Positions 38,953 through 52,280 of a DNA stretch of 64,000 bases are shown in pieces. Each line of letters starts with the position of its first letter. Position 1 is the stretch's first letter. A program made the position numbers and the translations under genes. The stretch is from contig JALMLS010000304.1 of assembly GCA_038496445.1 (NCBI GenBank), positions 496,001 through 560,000 of the forward strand, given 5' to 3'. The notes beneath the pieces were generated by a model. The model searched no databases. It was not told where the DNA came from and saw nothing but the letters and a program-made list of their open reading frames with translations. Origin of the DNA: Trichosphaerium sp. ATCC 40318 (taxonomy: Eukaryota; Protista; Tubulinea).

Positions 38953-39933
38953 ATAACTACTCTCATATGTTTTAAAATGCATAGTTCTATACATAGCGCG
39001 GTTGAAAGCCCTATATTGAGTGAGTTTAAGATATCTGCATTTTAGCGGTAAAACTTTGTAATGGCGAGCTTTTTCGTCTTCAAGAAATATCACTTCAAAA
39101 AAGTTAAAAACATCGACATGACAAATTAGGCTCAATTTGGTAGAATCTGTATTACCATCGTTGAGTTTCAAAGATTGACTCTTCAATAAGTAACTTGTAC
39201 AAATTTGGTAAAAAACACGTTATATTTTTACGTGAGTAATGCTAACACCATAACTTTTACAGAAATACGTTTATTTACACTAGTTACCTTCGGTAGAACC
39301 AGGAAGAGAATCAACTAGATTGTGTACAGCCTTCTCAAACGTTATAAAATCGAACAGCGGGTTGAAGTTCATGCCCTTGTCGCTCATTTCTTTGAGCGTA
39401 GTGAGTTCCCATATGCTCACAAATTTAAGCATGTGGCGTGCAAGTGCACCGCCACTGTTTAAGAATGCGATCCAACACTCTAGTCTTTGCGCACCGGCAA
39501 AGGTGAGTGCGTACTTCTCGCAGTAGTACGCGACAGCATCGTCTAATCTGCCCAGACAGTACGCCGTGAGGCGATGGCACGCCGCAACAGTTTCGGGGTC
39601 CAGCAACTTTTGTTGTTAGTACTCAAAAACAGAAATGGTACTTACGTTTAACTGTGGCTCTGCTGGTAGAGTAAAAGGTTGTAAGAAACCGCTGCAAAAA
39701 ACATCAGATGCAAGACTACAAAATTCAAAGCGTACTCTAGCACTTCTTGTGTAAGGAATAGCCCTTCAAACTCTCCGTGCTTTGGGTTTAAGGTCTGAGA
39801 TTTGACTACGCTACTTTTTGTAAGCTGGCTGACAAGACGTAGCAAAGACGCACTCTACTGCAGCAACAGGTTTATCTATGAGATCTTCTTCGAGAATCTC
39901 GCCTTCTTCCAGTTCATATTTTTGTGTTGCCAT
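38784..39933 (-). CDS. Hypothetical multi-exon protein (MATQKYELEEGEILEE...)
   Basis: ATG at 39933 and a chain of minus-strand ORFs separated by GT-AG-like gaps; no domain recognised. Confidence 0.5.
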
Positions 39934-40130
39934 GTTTGTTGCTTTATGAAATGAAAAAAAAAGTACCCAATTTACTCCGTGTGACTTGTAACCATAACAT
40001 TTTTATGCTCTGAATAGATGCTATCTACACATTAACTACAGCGTCACCACAACCAGTTTTTATCCCGCCGGTGTCGCCCTAACAAAACAAGGGATAACCT
40101 CAAAAAGGTCAAAGCAAAAAATTCCGAATT

Positions 40131-40383
40131 AGAGCATTGCATTGGCTACTCAGATCAGACATTTCAAGTCTCACCACTGCAACTTAGGTTATTAATCTAA
40201 GAAGAGCCAGAATCTACGGCCCCTTGTGCGGGTACGACATTTGTTGTGTTGTTGAAGGAATGTCCATGACGCCCTACTGCTACCCTAACCATCCGCCCAG
40301 CAGCAGTTCTTCAAGGATAGGACAGTGGGTCTTCCGTCTCGAGGCCGCATCCTGTTCCGGTACCTACTAAACCCTTTTTTTTT
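40131..40383 (+). ncRNA. Candidate structured non-coding RNA ending at a T9 run; identity unknown, telomerase-RNA-like template present; 5' end a guess
   Basis: GC-elevated segment without an ORF in the track, several complementary blocks, ACCCTAACC at 40282-40290, T-run at 40375-40383. Confidence 0.35.
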
Positions 40384-40799
40384 CTTTTAACCTCTGCAAT
40401 TGCAAACAAAAAAAAAAAGTGGGACAAGAGAAACTGCATTAAAACGGATCAAAATCACCTCAAGCTGTTCGCATGGTAAACGCGGACACTCTGTGGCTTC
40501 GTTTTAGTAAAGGATTGCAACAAGTGTGTTTATTTGTGGATATTTCTGTGAAAACGTCGCTTGGCAATGATAACAACCTCCATAATGTACAAAACGAATA
40601 CGTTTGGTTTTGTTTTAAGACTGCACCTTCTCCGCCTCACTCTTTGTATAATACAGTCATCCAACAGAGCTTGAAACGGAAAGGATGCGTGTGGAAATGG
40701 ATAAAACGCCACTGTGGCCTCTCGATTACCTACTACGCGCGTATAAACGCCATAGCGCGTCAAATAACAATTTAAACATGTTAGAACGATCTTTAGCAA

Positions 40800-42175
40800 A
40801 TCACGTTTGATGAACCGAAATTAACAAAAAGAGCATCTGAAAGGCTCCTGACGCACAAAAATTACGTAGTCCAATCAGCAACTGTCAGTAGGCCCGCATT
40901 TTGTCGTTTGAGCATTAACGTTACCCCTTTGGCGTCTAATAATCATTTTAGCGCCATACAACGCTCCACTACGGCAAATCACGTTTTAGAAACGGAAACC
41001 ACGCTAAAAACGGTGCAAAGAGTCTTTATGACTAGACGCGTTACGAACAATGATGGCAAACTGTAGCAAGAAACGGTTTCAGTATTAAGCGCAGTGCAAG
41101 TGAGTTCATACAATTGCGCATTACGGACATTCAGAAAATACGCTGTTTTCCACATGATTTTATTTTGGTTGACCTTCAAATAGATCAATAAATTTGTTAC
41201 AGGTTGAGATAAGAGCGGCATTACTAGTCAACTCTTTGGCACACATCTTTCTATACCCTTCAACGGCAGTTGTAAAAAGACACAAGGCTTCGTCTATTTC
41301 GCCGCTGTTTTTACCTCTACAATGCAGATACGTGCGTACAACCCGCCACATTTTTGGTTCTGTACACAAAAACGACCGCCAGAAAAAAATATTTTGAGCG
41401 CTCAAAAACGGCAGGTCTGGCGGAAGGGTAATTTTTGCGTGTTGGAAGATAGCTGTGAATACGAAACACAGTGCGTGAATTTTTTTGGTGACTGTTTTCA
41501 GTCCCACCAGGCGGACGTCGCTTCTACGTGCCAGTACCACAACGCGGTCTAAAGCGCTCTTGTACTTCCTAATACACGTTACTTTATTGGTGGACTTGAG
41601 CATTAATCGCACTCTTTGTTTATCCGTAACTTGGCACCTACGACACAATGTCAACCACAAGCAGTCAGAGACGGTAACGTACAGTTAATATCTGTGTGTT
41701 TGTAACACAGCGGTCGCAAGTTACTGAGCAACACCTTGCACGCTTGACTCAACCGCGAAAACGATACCGGTTCACCGTCAACCCACTCATTGTGCAGGCG
41801 ATGTACAGCTCGCTTTACCAGAGTAGCTCTGGCGCAATGAATGGCATACTCGTTTAGGTGGTCTTTACTAACCATGTATTCGTCCCACTGTTTGTAAGTA
41901 AAACAGCGTAACCGGAACACCAACAGGTAGTCTTCACGACCAACTACTCGATCAGAGAGCAACACTAACAAGCTGCGGACTGTCTCCAGTTTGCCGTTAA
42001 TAACTTCGATCTCGCTACATGGGAATGAATATTTTGCGAAACAAGTTATTAAAATGCGAGACGCACCTCTCACTCAGCTTTAGCAAAGTTTTTTCGTTGT
42101 CCTTCGCCTCAGTAGCCTTCTACATGCGTTAAAACGGATACGCGCAAACATACGTACTTTGTCTGATGTTGCCAT
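40800..42175 (-). CDS. Hypothetical multi-exon, probably helical protein (MATSDK/KATEAKDNEK...); 3' end uncertain
   Basis: ATG at 42175, GTACGT first intron, continuing ORFs 41651..42073 and 41160..41660. Confidence 0.5.
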
Positions 42176-42668
42176 AGTGTTAGAGAATTTGAAATATGGA
42201 ATTCACTACAAAAAAGGCAATACGATTTTAAAACGCTGTGCAGTTTCGAGGTTTGACATCCGCTTTTCGAGCCTATACACGCACATTCTCATGCTATAAA
42301 GATAAATACCATCGTTTGAGTTGTGTTTACGTGACTGCGCTTATAAATTAGAGTCTTCAACTCTTTCTGCGTTTCTGGAGTGGTTGGTGAGAACTACAAG
42401 AAACCCGAAAAAGTTGCAGTAAATGCTTGATGCCCAAAATGGTAAAAGAGCTACGGCATCGGAGTTCTGCCGGATTAGAGCAACTACTCAATGGCGGTAG
42501 AAAGTGCACAAGCCTAAACAAAATCGGTTGCAGAGTAAACAAAACTTTAAACAAATTGAGAAAAACGTTTTTAATTTTGAGAAATGAACACGAGGTAACA
42601 AATGCTGTTCAAGCTAACGCAGTCAACAACGTTGAGTATTTATACACGAGAATAACTACGTGTATAAA

Positions 42669-44699
42669 CTAATTCCTGTCTTCAATGTCGCCAAGCATGC
42701 CTTTCCATAGATCGAGGACCTGCTTAGTGTAAGACAAAACTATATCAAAAAAAAAACCAAAACAGCTACTCACTCTTAATTCGTAGTTCATGTTGCTCTG
42801 TACTAGCTCCCTCAAAGCGCTTGTGATCTCCTTATTTTTTGTTTTAAAGTAAACGTGTAATTCAGCTTTGACTTCACCACTAATTTCTTCAAAAGTGCGT
42901 TTAGAAGTACTGACTTCCTCAGTGGCCTAAAAACAAATAAGACCTTGCGGCGGTATCACTGAAACTCACCTGTGTAACTTCACTTTGGGCTGCTGCTTCT
43001 TTTGAAGTACCAGCAGCTTTTTGCGCCTTTTCTTGCTTTGCTTTTAATGTTTTCTCGGCGAGTTGAAATTGTTGAAGAAGTTTATCTCTGTTTGCCAAAG
43101 TTTCCTAAAATACTCAGATCAAACGCACTAACTAAAAGTCACATACCTTTACAGCCAATGTAATGCGTACGTAATCCCGAATAGTGTTCTCGAAAAAGTT
43201 TGTCTCATTATCAGCCTTTATCATAATATATTGTAAGCCTCTCACGCGAATGTACAAAGGGTGAAAACGTGTAAAAATAAAAAAGTATGTAGCAGCATCT
43301 ACAAAATGTTTACGCACCAACTCTTGCGTGAGGCTAGATACATTACCAGTAACGTCTGATAATTTATCAAAGAGTTTGTGTAGAGTCTTATCTTTATCTT
43401 TTTCAACATCTGAGTAATCGTTTGCGGCAAGAGAAAAACCTCCCCATACGCTTACCAAGTCTACAAAAAATTAAACAACCTCTATTTAATAGCGACGTAC
43501 CCCGGCGTTTCTTCGTGACAGCAGCGAATTTTGCGTGAAAATTTGAGAGTTGTAAATGAAGATTATTAATATACGCTTTGACGTCATCAAACCAAGTGTC
43601 AACCTAACAATTTATATTAGCCAAGCTTTGGCGAAAGTTGAAGTTTCAAATACAAAAGCGAAGTAATAGCGTACCTCTACTACTGTAGACGTTAACTGCT
43701 GTTGATAGTTGACTGCAGTCTCTGTCATGCGTGAAAACCAACCCTTCTTTTTTGAGGAAGCGGAAGAAGAACTGGTCTTAGTTTTCGTGAGCGTCTAATA
43801 GCAGTTAGCTCCGTAGTGCCATCAGAAAAGTGCTCAACGCAGCAAGCAAGTATTGTATTATACGTACACCAGCGGCTAGAAAGGTTTTAAGGCAACCAGT
43901 TTTGACAAGCTTTGGGTGACGCGTAATCCTACGCAAAAATCGTTCAAGTTCCGCGCGACGATACTCTATGAATTCAGGAGAGAATCTGTCTAAAATTCTC
44001 GTTAATCCAGATATGATTATTTTGAGCAAATCTACCGACAACGAGAAATAAGTTACAACGTACTCATGAGACCCTTGTCAGGAAGAGGTGGTACAATCAC
44101 ACCTTTGTGCTCTGATGAAAGTGATTCTCTGAGCCATACAAAATCACTACATCGCTGTAAATGTACAGTCGACTAACGACAGAATTCACGTACGAATAAC
44201 GACGGACAGTTGTCATCTCGCTTGTATCAAACACTGAAACTTTTGACTACCACGCGTTAGGAACACTACATCGAAATTTACATCTGAGGAAAACGACATT
44301 TTTTTCAGTGGCTGTATTCTCAATTGTAACGCTCCAAAAAATAACGAAAGGTTGTAATAGGCGAAATACCTCAGTTTTGATAGTGTAGGTGATGTAGGCG
44401 TTCATCCCGTCACCATTCTTTTCACTGTCTGTAATATTTATGTCAATGTCGCTCTAGGTGAGTACTATGTTAGAGGGTATATTACAGCAATTCTTACGCA
44501 CTTTTTCGTCGTCGTCATCGTTAAAAACGAGTTCGAGAGGCTCTTGTTGTGGTACGTCCTCAATTGGTTGTTCTGGTTGGGCAGAAGGGGCAACTAGGTC
44601 GTCTGTTGGCTCAAGCGGTGCCGGCTCTTCAATATTGTCATTCTCGTTGTCAAATTGACCGATCTCACGTTGGGCCTCTTCAGCCGAAACTTCTTGCAT
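42669..44699 (-). CDS. PX-BAR sorting nexin (SNX1/2, Vps5-like)
   Basis: GDGMNAYITY, RRYSDFVWL, IVPPLPDK, FIEYRRAELERFL..HP.L...FL, VDTWF, coiled-coil BAR C-terminus. Confidence 0.9.
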
Positions 44700-44770
44700 G
44701 TGTATTTGACTGCACTACAATTTTTGACTTATTTATTGCTTTTTTGTCTTTGGCTTATAGTAAACGCAGC

Positions 44771-47700
44771 ATGAGTGAAGATAAACGTGTCCTCCTTCCT
44801 ACCTCAGTAAAACCTAAGGTGTACAACCTTACACTTGCACCTGACTTTGAAAAGTTTGTGTTTGATGGCCAGGTGCGTGCAATAAGGCTTTTATCGCGTT
44901 ATTAATAGACTCGTAGGTTGACATCCAAATAACTGTTGCTGAAGAAACTGATAAAATCTCACTACACAGCCTCGAAATCACTCACAATGAAGTTACGTTA
45001 TGTGGTGCTTCCGGAGAGTTGAAAGCAGAGGATATTTCCACAAACAAAGGTAAATGACAAAATTTTACGTTAGCGCGTGACCTGATGTTCTGTTCGCTCA
45101 GAGGACCAAACTGCTACATTCACTTTCGATAAAAAGCTTGAAAAAGGTGACTACACCTTAAAAATCAACTATCAAGGTATCCTAAATGATCAAATGGCTG
45201 GCTTTTACAGAAGTAAGTACACTGACGAGAGTGGAAAAGAAAAGTACGCGCGAGTCCAAGCAATATTCGCTAAAGAATGCCACCTAGGTGGATGGGTACA
45301 ACACAATTTGAGCCAACAGGTACGTTAGTTTTTTGTTGAATTATTGGTTCTTGAATTGACGTTTCTGCGCCTAGACGCACGCAAGGCATTCCCATGTTGG
45401 GATGAACCAGCAATCAAGGCCAAGTTTATTGTCAATATAAAAACACCAGTTGGTTATGATGCGCTCAGTAACATGCCATCTTCTAGCGTCGATAAACATG
45501 ACGACGGTAGCGTACGTTGTTTTAACGAGAAAGCAGTATTCTGAATAATTAATAATAATCGATTTGTAGCGTACTTTCCACTTTGAAGAAACACCTCTAA
45601 TGTCTACATATTTGCTCGCCTTTGTTGTTGGCGAATTCGAATGCGTTGAAGGCACTACTACCCATGGTGTAAAGTTCCGAGTATGGACACCAAAAGGTAG
45701 AAAAGAAGAAGGTCGTTTCGCCTTGGACGTAGGAAGTACGTGCTCTTTTACTTTGATATTATGTTAAGTGTCTCATGTCTTTCTAGTGAAGATCTTGGAC
45801 TACTATGAGGATTGGTTTGATGTCAAATACCCACTACCAAAGCAAGATATGATTGTGAGTTGCTTATTATTTTACCATGTCAACACTCACGCTCATTTGC
45901 TCTAGGCTATTGCTGATTTCGCAGCTGGCGCTATGGAGTACGTTTTAAGAGATATCAAGGTCAATAATGTTGATTATTCTTTAGGAACTGGGGTCTTATC
46001 ACATACCGTGAAACTGCTTTGTTGATTGATCCTAAATCCGCCACAGTCACATCTAAACAGGTTAGTTTGTTAATTGCTTTTATATCTTGCTTTCCTGACT
46101 TTATTTGTTAGCGTGTTGCTTACGTTGTAGCACATGAACTTGCTCATCAATGGTTCGGAAACCTAGTAACAATGCAATGGTGGACTGACTTATGGTAACG
46201 TTACCTCGTTGCTATAAACACAACTAACTTGAATAGGTTGAACGAAGGTTTCGCAACTTTTGTTGGTAACCAAGCTGTAGATCACCTTTTCCCTCAATGG
46301 AAGGTATGGACATCTTTCGTTTCGGATTACGTATTCAGAGCACAAGGTCTTGATAGCATGAGGTAACAATCCTTAAAGGAATTAGAGTTTTTACCTAACA
46401 TTACACTTGCTAGATCTTCTCACCCAATTGAAGTTGAGATTAACCGTTCTCAAGAAGTAGACGAGATTTTTGACGCTATTTCTTATTGTAAGGGAGCTTC
46501 TGTCATTCGTATGATTGCTGCTCTTGTTGGCGAACAAGCATTCAGGGATGGTTTAAGAGCTTACTTGAAAAAATTTGCATACGGAAACACAGTCACAAAA
46601 GATCTTTGGGAAGCTTTGAGCAAGTCAAGCGGAAAGCCAGGTGCGTTGTGATTCATCAAAAAGAAGAAATTCTAATGTGATTACTAGTCGGAAAGATCAT
46701 GGCCAACTGGACACAAGCAAAGGGTTTCCCTGGTATGTTTTTCAACTTGTACCAGGGATATTTTTAACCCATTCCGTAGTTGTTATGGTCAAGTCTTTGG
46801 GCAAAGGTAAATTCAATGTATCCCAGCGCCGCTTTTTGTCAGCTGGTATGCCAACCGCTGAAGAGGATAAGGTACTGAAGAACAAGAGTTTTAGAGTTTT
46901 TTATTTAATTATTTCTAACTCAACATCATAGATTACCTGGTGTATCAACCTTTCCGTAAAGACTGACAAAGGTGATAAGTCCATCGAATTATATGGTGAG
47001 TAAACTATTTTGTAGATTAGTCAATTGACATTTTGTTTAGACAGAGAAGCTGAGATTGATCTCGGTGAAGTCTCTTGGGTAAAGTTCAATGTCGGACAAA
47101 CAGGTTTCTTCCGCGTCCAGTATGACGCTGAAACCACTAAATTGGTATCAAAAGCCCTTGAAGCTATGCAACTCGAGCCTGTCGATCGTCTCGGTATTCA
47201 AAATGATGTCTTCGCTCTTGCTCGCTCAGGTAAGTATTTACTTGTTTTTTTAGAGTTTTGCTCTAAAATTGAAAATAGGAAGCGCAACTGTTGCTGATGC
47301 CTTGGAACTATCAAAGGCTTACTCAAACGAAACAAACTACGCAGTGTGGAGCGATCTCTCTGGTAACTTGGGTTCTGTCTCTGCTCTATTCTCTGACCAC
47401 GAGAACTTTGAAAAATACAAGAAGTTCATCTTGTCTGTGTACGAAAAGATCGGCAAAAAGCTTGGTTGGGAAGAAAACGAAGGCGAAAGCGATTTAGACA
47501 AGCTATTGAGAGCTATTGTTCTACGCAAACTGGTAAACTATTTATTTGCAAGTGTTGATAGTAACCGAAGTGATTAGGGCGCTAACGGTGACGCTTCTAT
47601 TATGGAAGAAGCCAAGAAGAGATTTGTCGCATACATGAAGGATCCAAAGAGCATGAAAGCAGATTTGCGTTCTATCATTCTTCAATTGGTTGGTAAAAAC

Positions 47701-48312
47701 GCTACACCAGAGGAATACGACCAATTTATTGCTCGATTCAAGGCAGCACGTACGTTATTGCGCAATTATTGACGAGGTGGGCTAACAAGAATGTAGCTAT
47801 GCAAGAAGAGAAGCTCCAAAATCTTCGCGCTGGTTGTCTAGCAAAGGATGAAGCACTTATTGTAAAGTCCCTTGATTTGACTTTCAGTGGTGTTGTGAGG
47901 TGCGTAATGACTTCTTAAATCACGTAAGCTAACTCATGAACTAGATCACAAGATTTAATTTACATTTACGCTGCTGTTGTTGCTACACACAAAGGACGCG
48001 CAATGGCATGGGATTACCTAGCTAAAAACTGGGCTAAATTCACCGAAACTTTGGGTGGCTCTTTCTTGCTTGAGCGTATGGTCTCATACGTATGTGGTGG
48101 ATTCCACACTGAAGAAAAAGCAGCAGCCATTGAAGCTTTCTTCAAGGACATTGACACAACAAGAATCGGTACGCCAATTTTTTTTTGTTTGGTTTTTTGC
48201 TTACATGTGTATAGCACGTGCCTTGGCACAGAGCTTGGAAGGTATCCGCACTAACGCTAAGTTCGTATCAGCCAACAAGGAAGCTTTTGCTAAATTCACA
48301 GCTTCGTATTAA
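44771..48312 (+). CDS. NPEPPS: Puromycin-sensitive aminopeptidase (M1 family)
   Basis: [57 protein letters not shown]. Confidence 0.93.
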
Positions 48313-48404
48313 GATCCACATAATAAATACAAAAAAATCATTTTGTTGTGCTGTCGCTTAAGTTATTTTTAAAACAGTGTTTAAAATATTATTAAAGTGT
48401 CACC

Positions 48405-50476
48405 ATGCTTCGTGCCTGTCGTTTTTCGGCGTTTAAAACACAATCAAAAACTCTACAAGTCTCAACTGTTGTTAGAGGTACTAGACCCCCTGTTTCGTGT
48501 TCTATCGAACCTGTAGGAAAAAGAAGGCGCCAGAGATTCGTGACACAACCTACCAGGGATTATACCGTCCAATCGCTCTCTACGGCTTCTCGGAGGTACC
48601 TAGAGCAGTGTGGCGTATAGCTTACCCCTTTAGTTCATTTTCATGGGGTTTATCAGCTATCGCAGCTTCTGCGGTAATGGGCGCGTTTTTGCTTTTCTCT
48701 AGCAACGATTGTACGCTTTTTCAAGTGAACCGTTAACGTTTACCTTTTCGTTGTACAGCGGACAATCAAGCTTCGGCTGAGAGTAATGGAGGAGGTTCTA
48801 CAAGCAAGAAAGAAAGATGGAACGCCGAAAAAACTTATCATCATCACATGGGCACTGAAGCGCCTATTTATCGCGTCGTACGCATTTGTTACCTTCTTTT
48901 CTAACCACAAAAAGGTTCTTACTGGAGGACCATGCGGAGGAAAATCTACTGCGCTTGCTCAAGTGGATAAATACTTGTATGTAACACCAAATTGAATGAA
49001 GTACTGACAGTCCGTAGATCTGGTCTTGGATTTAATATTTTTGCTGTCCCTGAAGCAGCAACCATTCTATTCAAAGGAGGCGCGAAGGTAGGCTGTTGTT
49101 CTATTAGCGTACACTGTTACAACATAATAAACGAGCTAGGTTGACTTTTCAGACAGTGAACAACTTTCAATGTTCCAAACCCAACTATTAAGAACGCAAA
49201 TGGGACTAGAAGATCGGTTCTATGCGCTTGCCAAAATGACTGGACAGCCAAGTGTTATTATTTGTGATAGAGGAGTTATGGATAGCTCTGGTAAGCCCGT
49301 GATCTGGCCCATATTTTGTTAACAAGAATGTCTAGCTTACATGCCCGACAACCTATGGCTACACGTTCTTGATGATAACGATTGGACTGTCGTCGCTCTA
49401 CGCGACAAGAGGTATTTGTTTATTCATTGACAATCTATTTAATGCTTGAGGTAGATACGATGCTGTTATCCATTTGGTTACTGCTGCAGATGGTGCAGAG
49501 AAGTTTTACACAACAGCTAATAATTCAGTGCGTTGAATTGTAACTGAAGCTCTTTTAATGAACTAGGTGCGAACTGAAACACCAGAACAAGCTAGAGCTT
49601 TAGATAGGAAACTACGCCAAGCATGGATTGGGCATTCTAATTTGACTGTAGCCGATAATAGAACTGACTTTGCTGGTACAAAGTGAAAGATTATTGTGAG
49701 TTAACAATATTGTAGACAAGATGCAGAGTGTTGTGTCAAGTATATGTCAGATTATTGGTGCTCCACTCCCTGTTAGTGATGATAAGCAGCGTAGGTTCCT
49801 CATTAAAGAACTACCAAAGAGTGCGTTCCGCTTGTTAGGTATGTATGTTTCTCACTTGATTTAGACGCGCCTGTTAAAATGCAAAAGTTTGAAATTGGTA
49901 CACACTTAAACTCTTGGATACACAGCAGTTTATTGTTTCTTAGAGCAAAGGTACCTTCGATCCCCTGGTGGTAATGAAGCACGTATTATGCAGAGAAAGC
50001 AAAAAGGCAACGCAACGTACAGCTACTCAGTTAAAACAAACGAAGGAAATGAAAAAGTTATTATTGAAAGACACATAAGGTATTTCTTACAACTCAAAGC
50101 TCCAGGTGAAACCTTACTTTTAATAGTGGCAGAGAGTACTCAGCTTTATGTGAGCAAGCTGATCCTAACAGAACTACGATCAAAAAGAAAGAGTACTGTT
50201 TCTTATGGGAGAACGAGGCTTATACATTGAACGTTTACTTGGTAAGTCTTTGCAACTTGGTTACTAGATCTAAGTATTGTAGGAACCAAAGCAATTTATT
50301 GTTTTGGAAGAGAACAGCTTAGGTACAAAAGACCTACCTTCTTTCTTTGATGTTGGTAAGTGCAGCGATTTGGAGTTATCAGTTTACTTACAAGGGTTTT
50401 TTTTGTAGATAAAGAAGTTACAGATGATATCACATACACTGGATACTACATGGCTAACATGTCGGACAAGAACTAG
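48405..50476 (+). CDS. Ttd14-like P-loop (AAA_28-like) plus CYTH-like protein with an Arg-rich presequence
   Basis: VLTGGPCGGKST, VPEAAT, CDRGVMD, RYDAVIHLVTAADGAE, AWIGH, EQRYL. Confidence 0.8.
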
Positions 50477-50555
50477 ATATACCACGTCCCAATATGGCTC
50501 TGAGAATTACAAACAGAAGAGAATTGCTCAAAAAAATAGTATAAGTAAAGACGGT

Positions 50556-52240
50556 TTATTTCTTAGCTTTTCTTCTCAGTTCTGTTGATGAAATGTCAAG
50601 CCTGAAATTATCTTCTGGTATAGCAGAAAACATTGCCTTGGCATACTCTGGGAATGTTATATCGTCACAAGTCTTGTATGATCCTAACACTAAATTAGAT
50701 ATTTCTCTGAGTTTGCAACACCACTTACCATCAACTGCACGTCCTGCCACAAGGAAAGAACAACCCTTACTTGCAAGGTCAAGTAATGCGTGCTCCATTT
50801 CGGAATCACTGTTGTTGTAGTATTTATTTTGAATAATTCGAATAGCCTAAACAATGCTGTCACTTTGACGCTGAAGTAAAAGTAGTATGCTTACTGTATC
50901 ATAACCAACTACAAAATTTGTATTCGGCATTTGCATGGCTTTCATTGCATACGTGGGTGCGTTTGTCACTACAATGGACTTCCCTTTTAACAGCATTACT
51001 TCACTTCTGTTATTTTTAGTAAGTACCTGCAAACTGTGCTAGCCGTGTAAGGATATTATCAACATCTACTGAACCTTTTGCAGCGTTCTTAGCAGTAAAC
51101 TCGAATGCTGATGGATAGTTTGTGGCTGCTTGAGCAGCTTCCAAAAGTTGCTTATGTCCGTCGTGAAGAGGATTAAAAGAGCCTATTGTAACTTATTTTA
51201 TTGGGTTTTGTTTTAAAAGTCTACCTGGAAGTATCACGTGTGGTGTACTTAATTTAGTTTCTTCTAGAGTACCAACATCTCCGTTAGCGTCAATCTATGA
51301 TCATTGTTAGTTGAGGGCATTCTGAAGAGTTTGTAGCAAACCATAAACGAAGGGCCACCAGCAAGTAACTGCTCCACATATTTTCTGTACGATATCTCGT
51401 TTTTTTCTAACTCTTTGCAATCTACAGGTAATCGAAGAGACTTATCAATACCGCACTCTTTAGCTATGGTATTTAAGATCATGTGGCTACAACCAAGTCA
51501 GCAGTGACGATCAAAGAAGAACAGCAACCTCACAACTTGTTCTTCGGCCTTTCTGTCACCTGCACCTTTCTCAATACCAATGTAATATGTAGTCAAACCT
51601 TCAAGAGACTACAAAAACGCATAAACATCGAGTTGCACGTGATAGCTTGAAGTACCCTTGCGGAGATACAAGCTCTATGTTCACCCTTTTTAGTTTTTGT
51701 TGTAACTACGGCAGCAGTACACGAAATACCCAACAGATCTCTGTGTACATCTACATCACAATTAAACACTTTTTTTTGTGGGTTAACGGTTGGAACCTGT
51801 GCTAGAGAGTTCACGTGCGCGCAAAAGAGCTCTGAGAGGGGCGTTAAAAATATGTAGAGTAAAATTAGTATGTTTTACCTCCCAGCCATCCTTTGGGCTG
51901 TTGATGTTGATACATGTTGAAATTTAGTATTGTGGGTCTTTTTAAGCTGAAGTTGCAGGGTTTTAGTGTTTTCGTTAACGTATTGTTTTAGGGCGTCTAT
52001 TTTGCTATCAAAACGCGATATAAAAGGTGTCTAACCTTTACTGTATGGCACTACACCTTCTAGTAATGTATTGGAGCATCCTAATACAAGTAAGCCATGG
52101 CTTGCGTCTGGAAGCGTACCTGGTACGGTTTGAAGCTCCATTAGTGATTGTGTACCCGCTCCAGTAACTGCTAGCACCAATTGCTTATTAGACGCATGAA
52201 TTGCGCTTACAAGCCTTGCCATAATATCCTCCGTATTCAT
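50556..52240 (-). CDS. Nucleotidyltransferase-superfamily protein (CinA-like N-terminus, HIGH-type C-terminus)
   Basis: AVTGAG...PGCSNTLLE..VPYS, KKGEHRA, PGSFNPLHDGH, FVVGYDT, FLVAGR, DISSTELR. Confidence 0.8.
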
Positions 52241-52280
52241 ATGCCTCGCTGGTACGATAGGCTAACAATTAACGTGATGC

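Noticed and set aside
40261-40324. SECIS-like ATGA...GA core closed by TGTCC/GGACA
   Set aside because: Helix II does not pair next to the core, and no upstream plus-strand selenoprotein ORF is evident
40340-40383. Minus-strand AAAAAGGG resembling the U11 snRNA 5' end
   Set aside because: No U11 loop motif or Sm site follows
40473-40775. 100-aa plus-strand ORF
   Set aside because: No recognisable domain and overlapped by an equally weak antisense ORF; not enough support to call
51040-51060. ATATCCTT on the minus strand, a possible second AT-AC donor
   Set aside because: It falls within an open coding frame (DNILTRL) bounded by canonical introns, with no U12 branch
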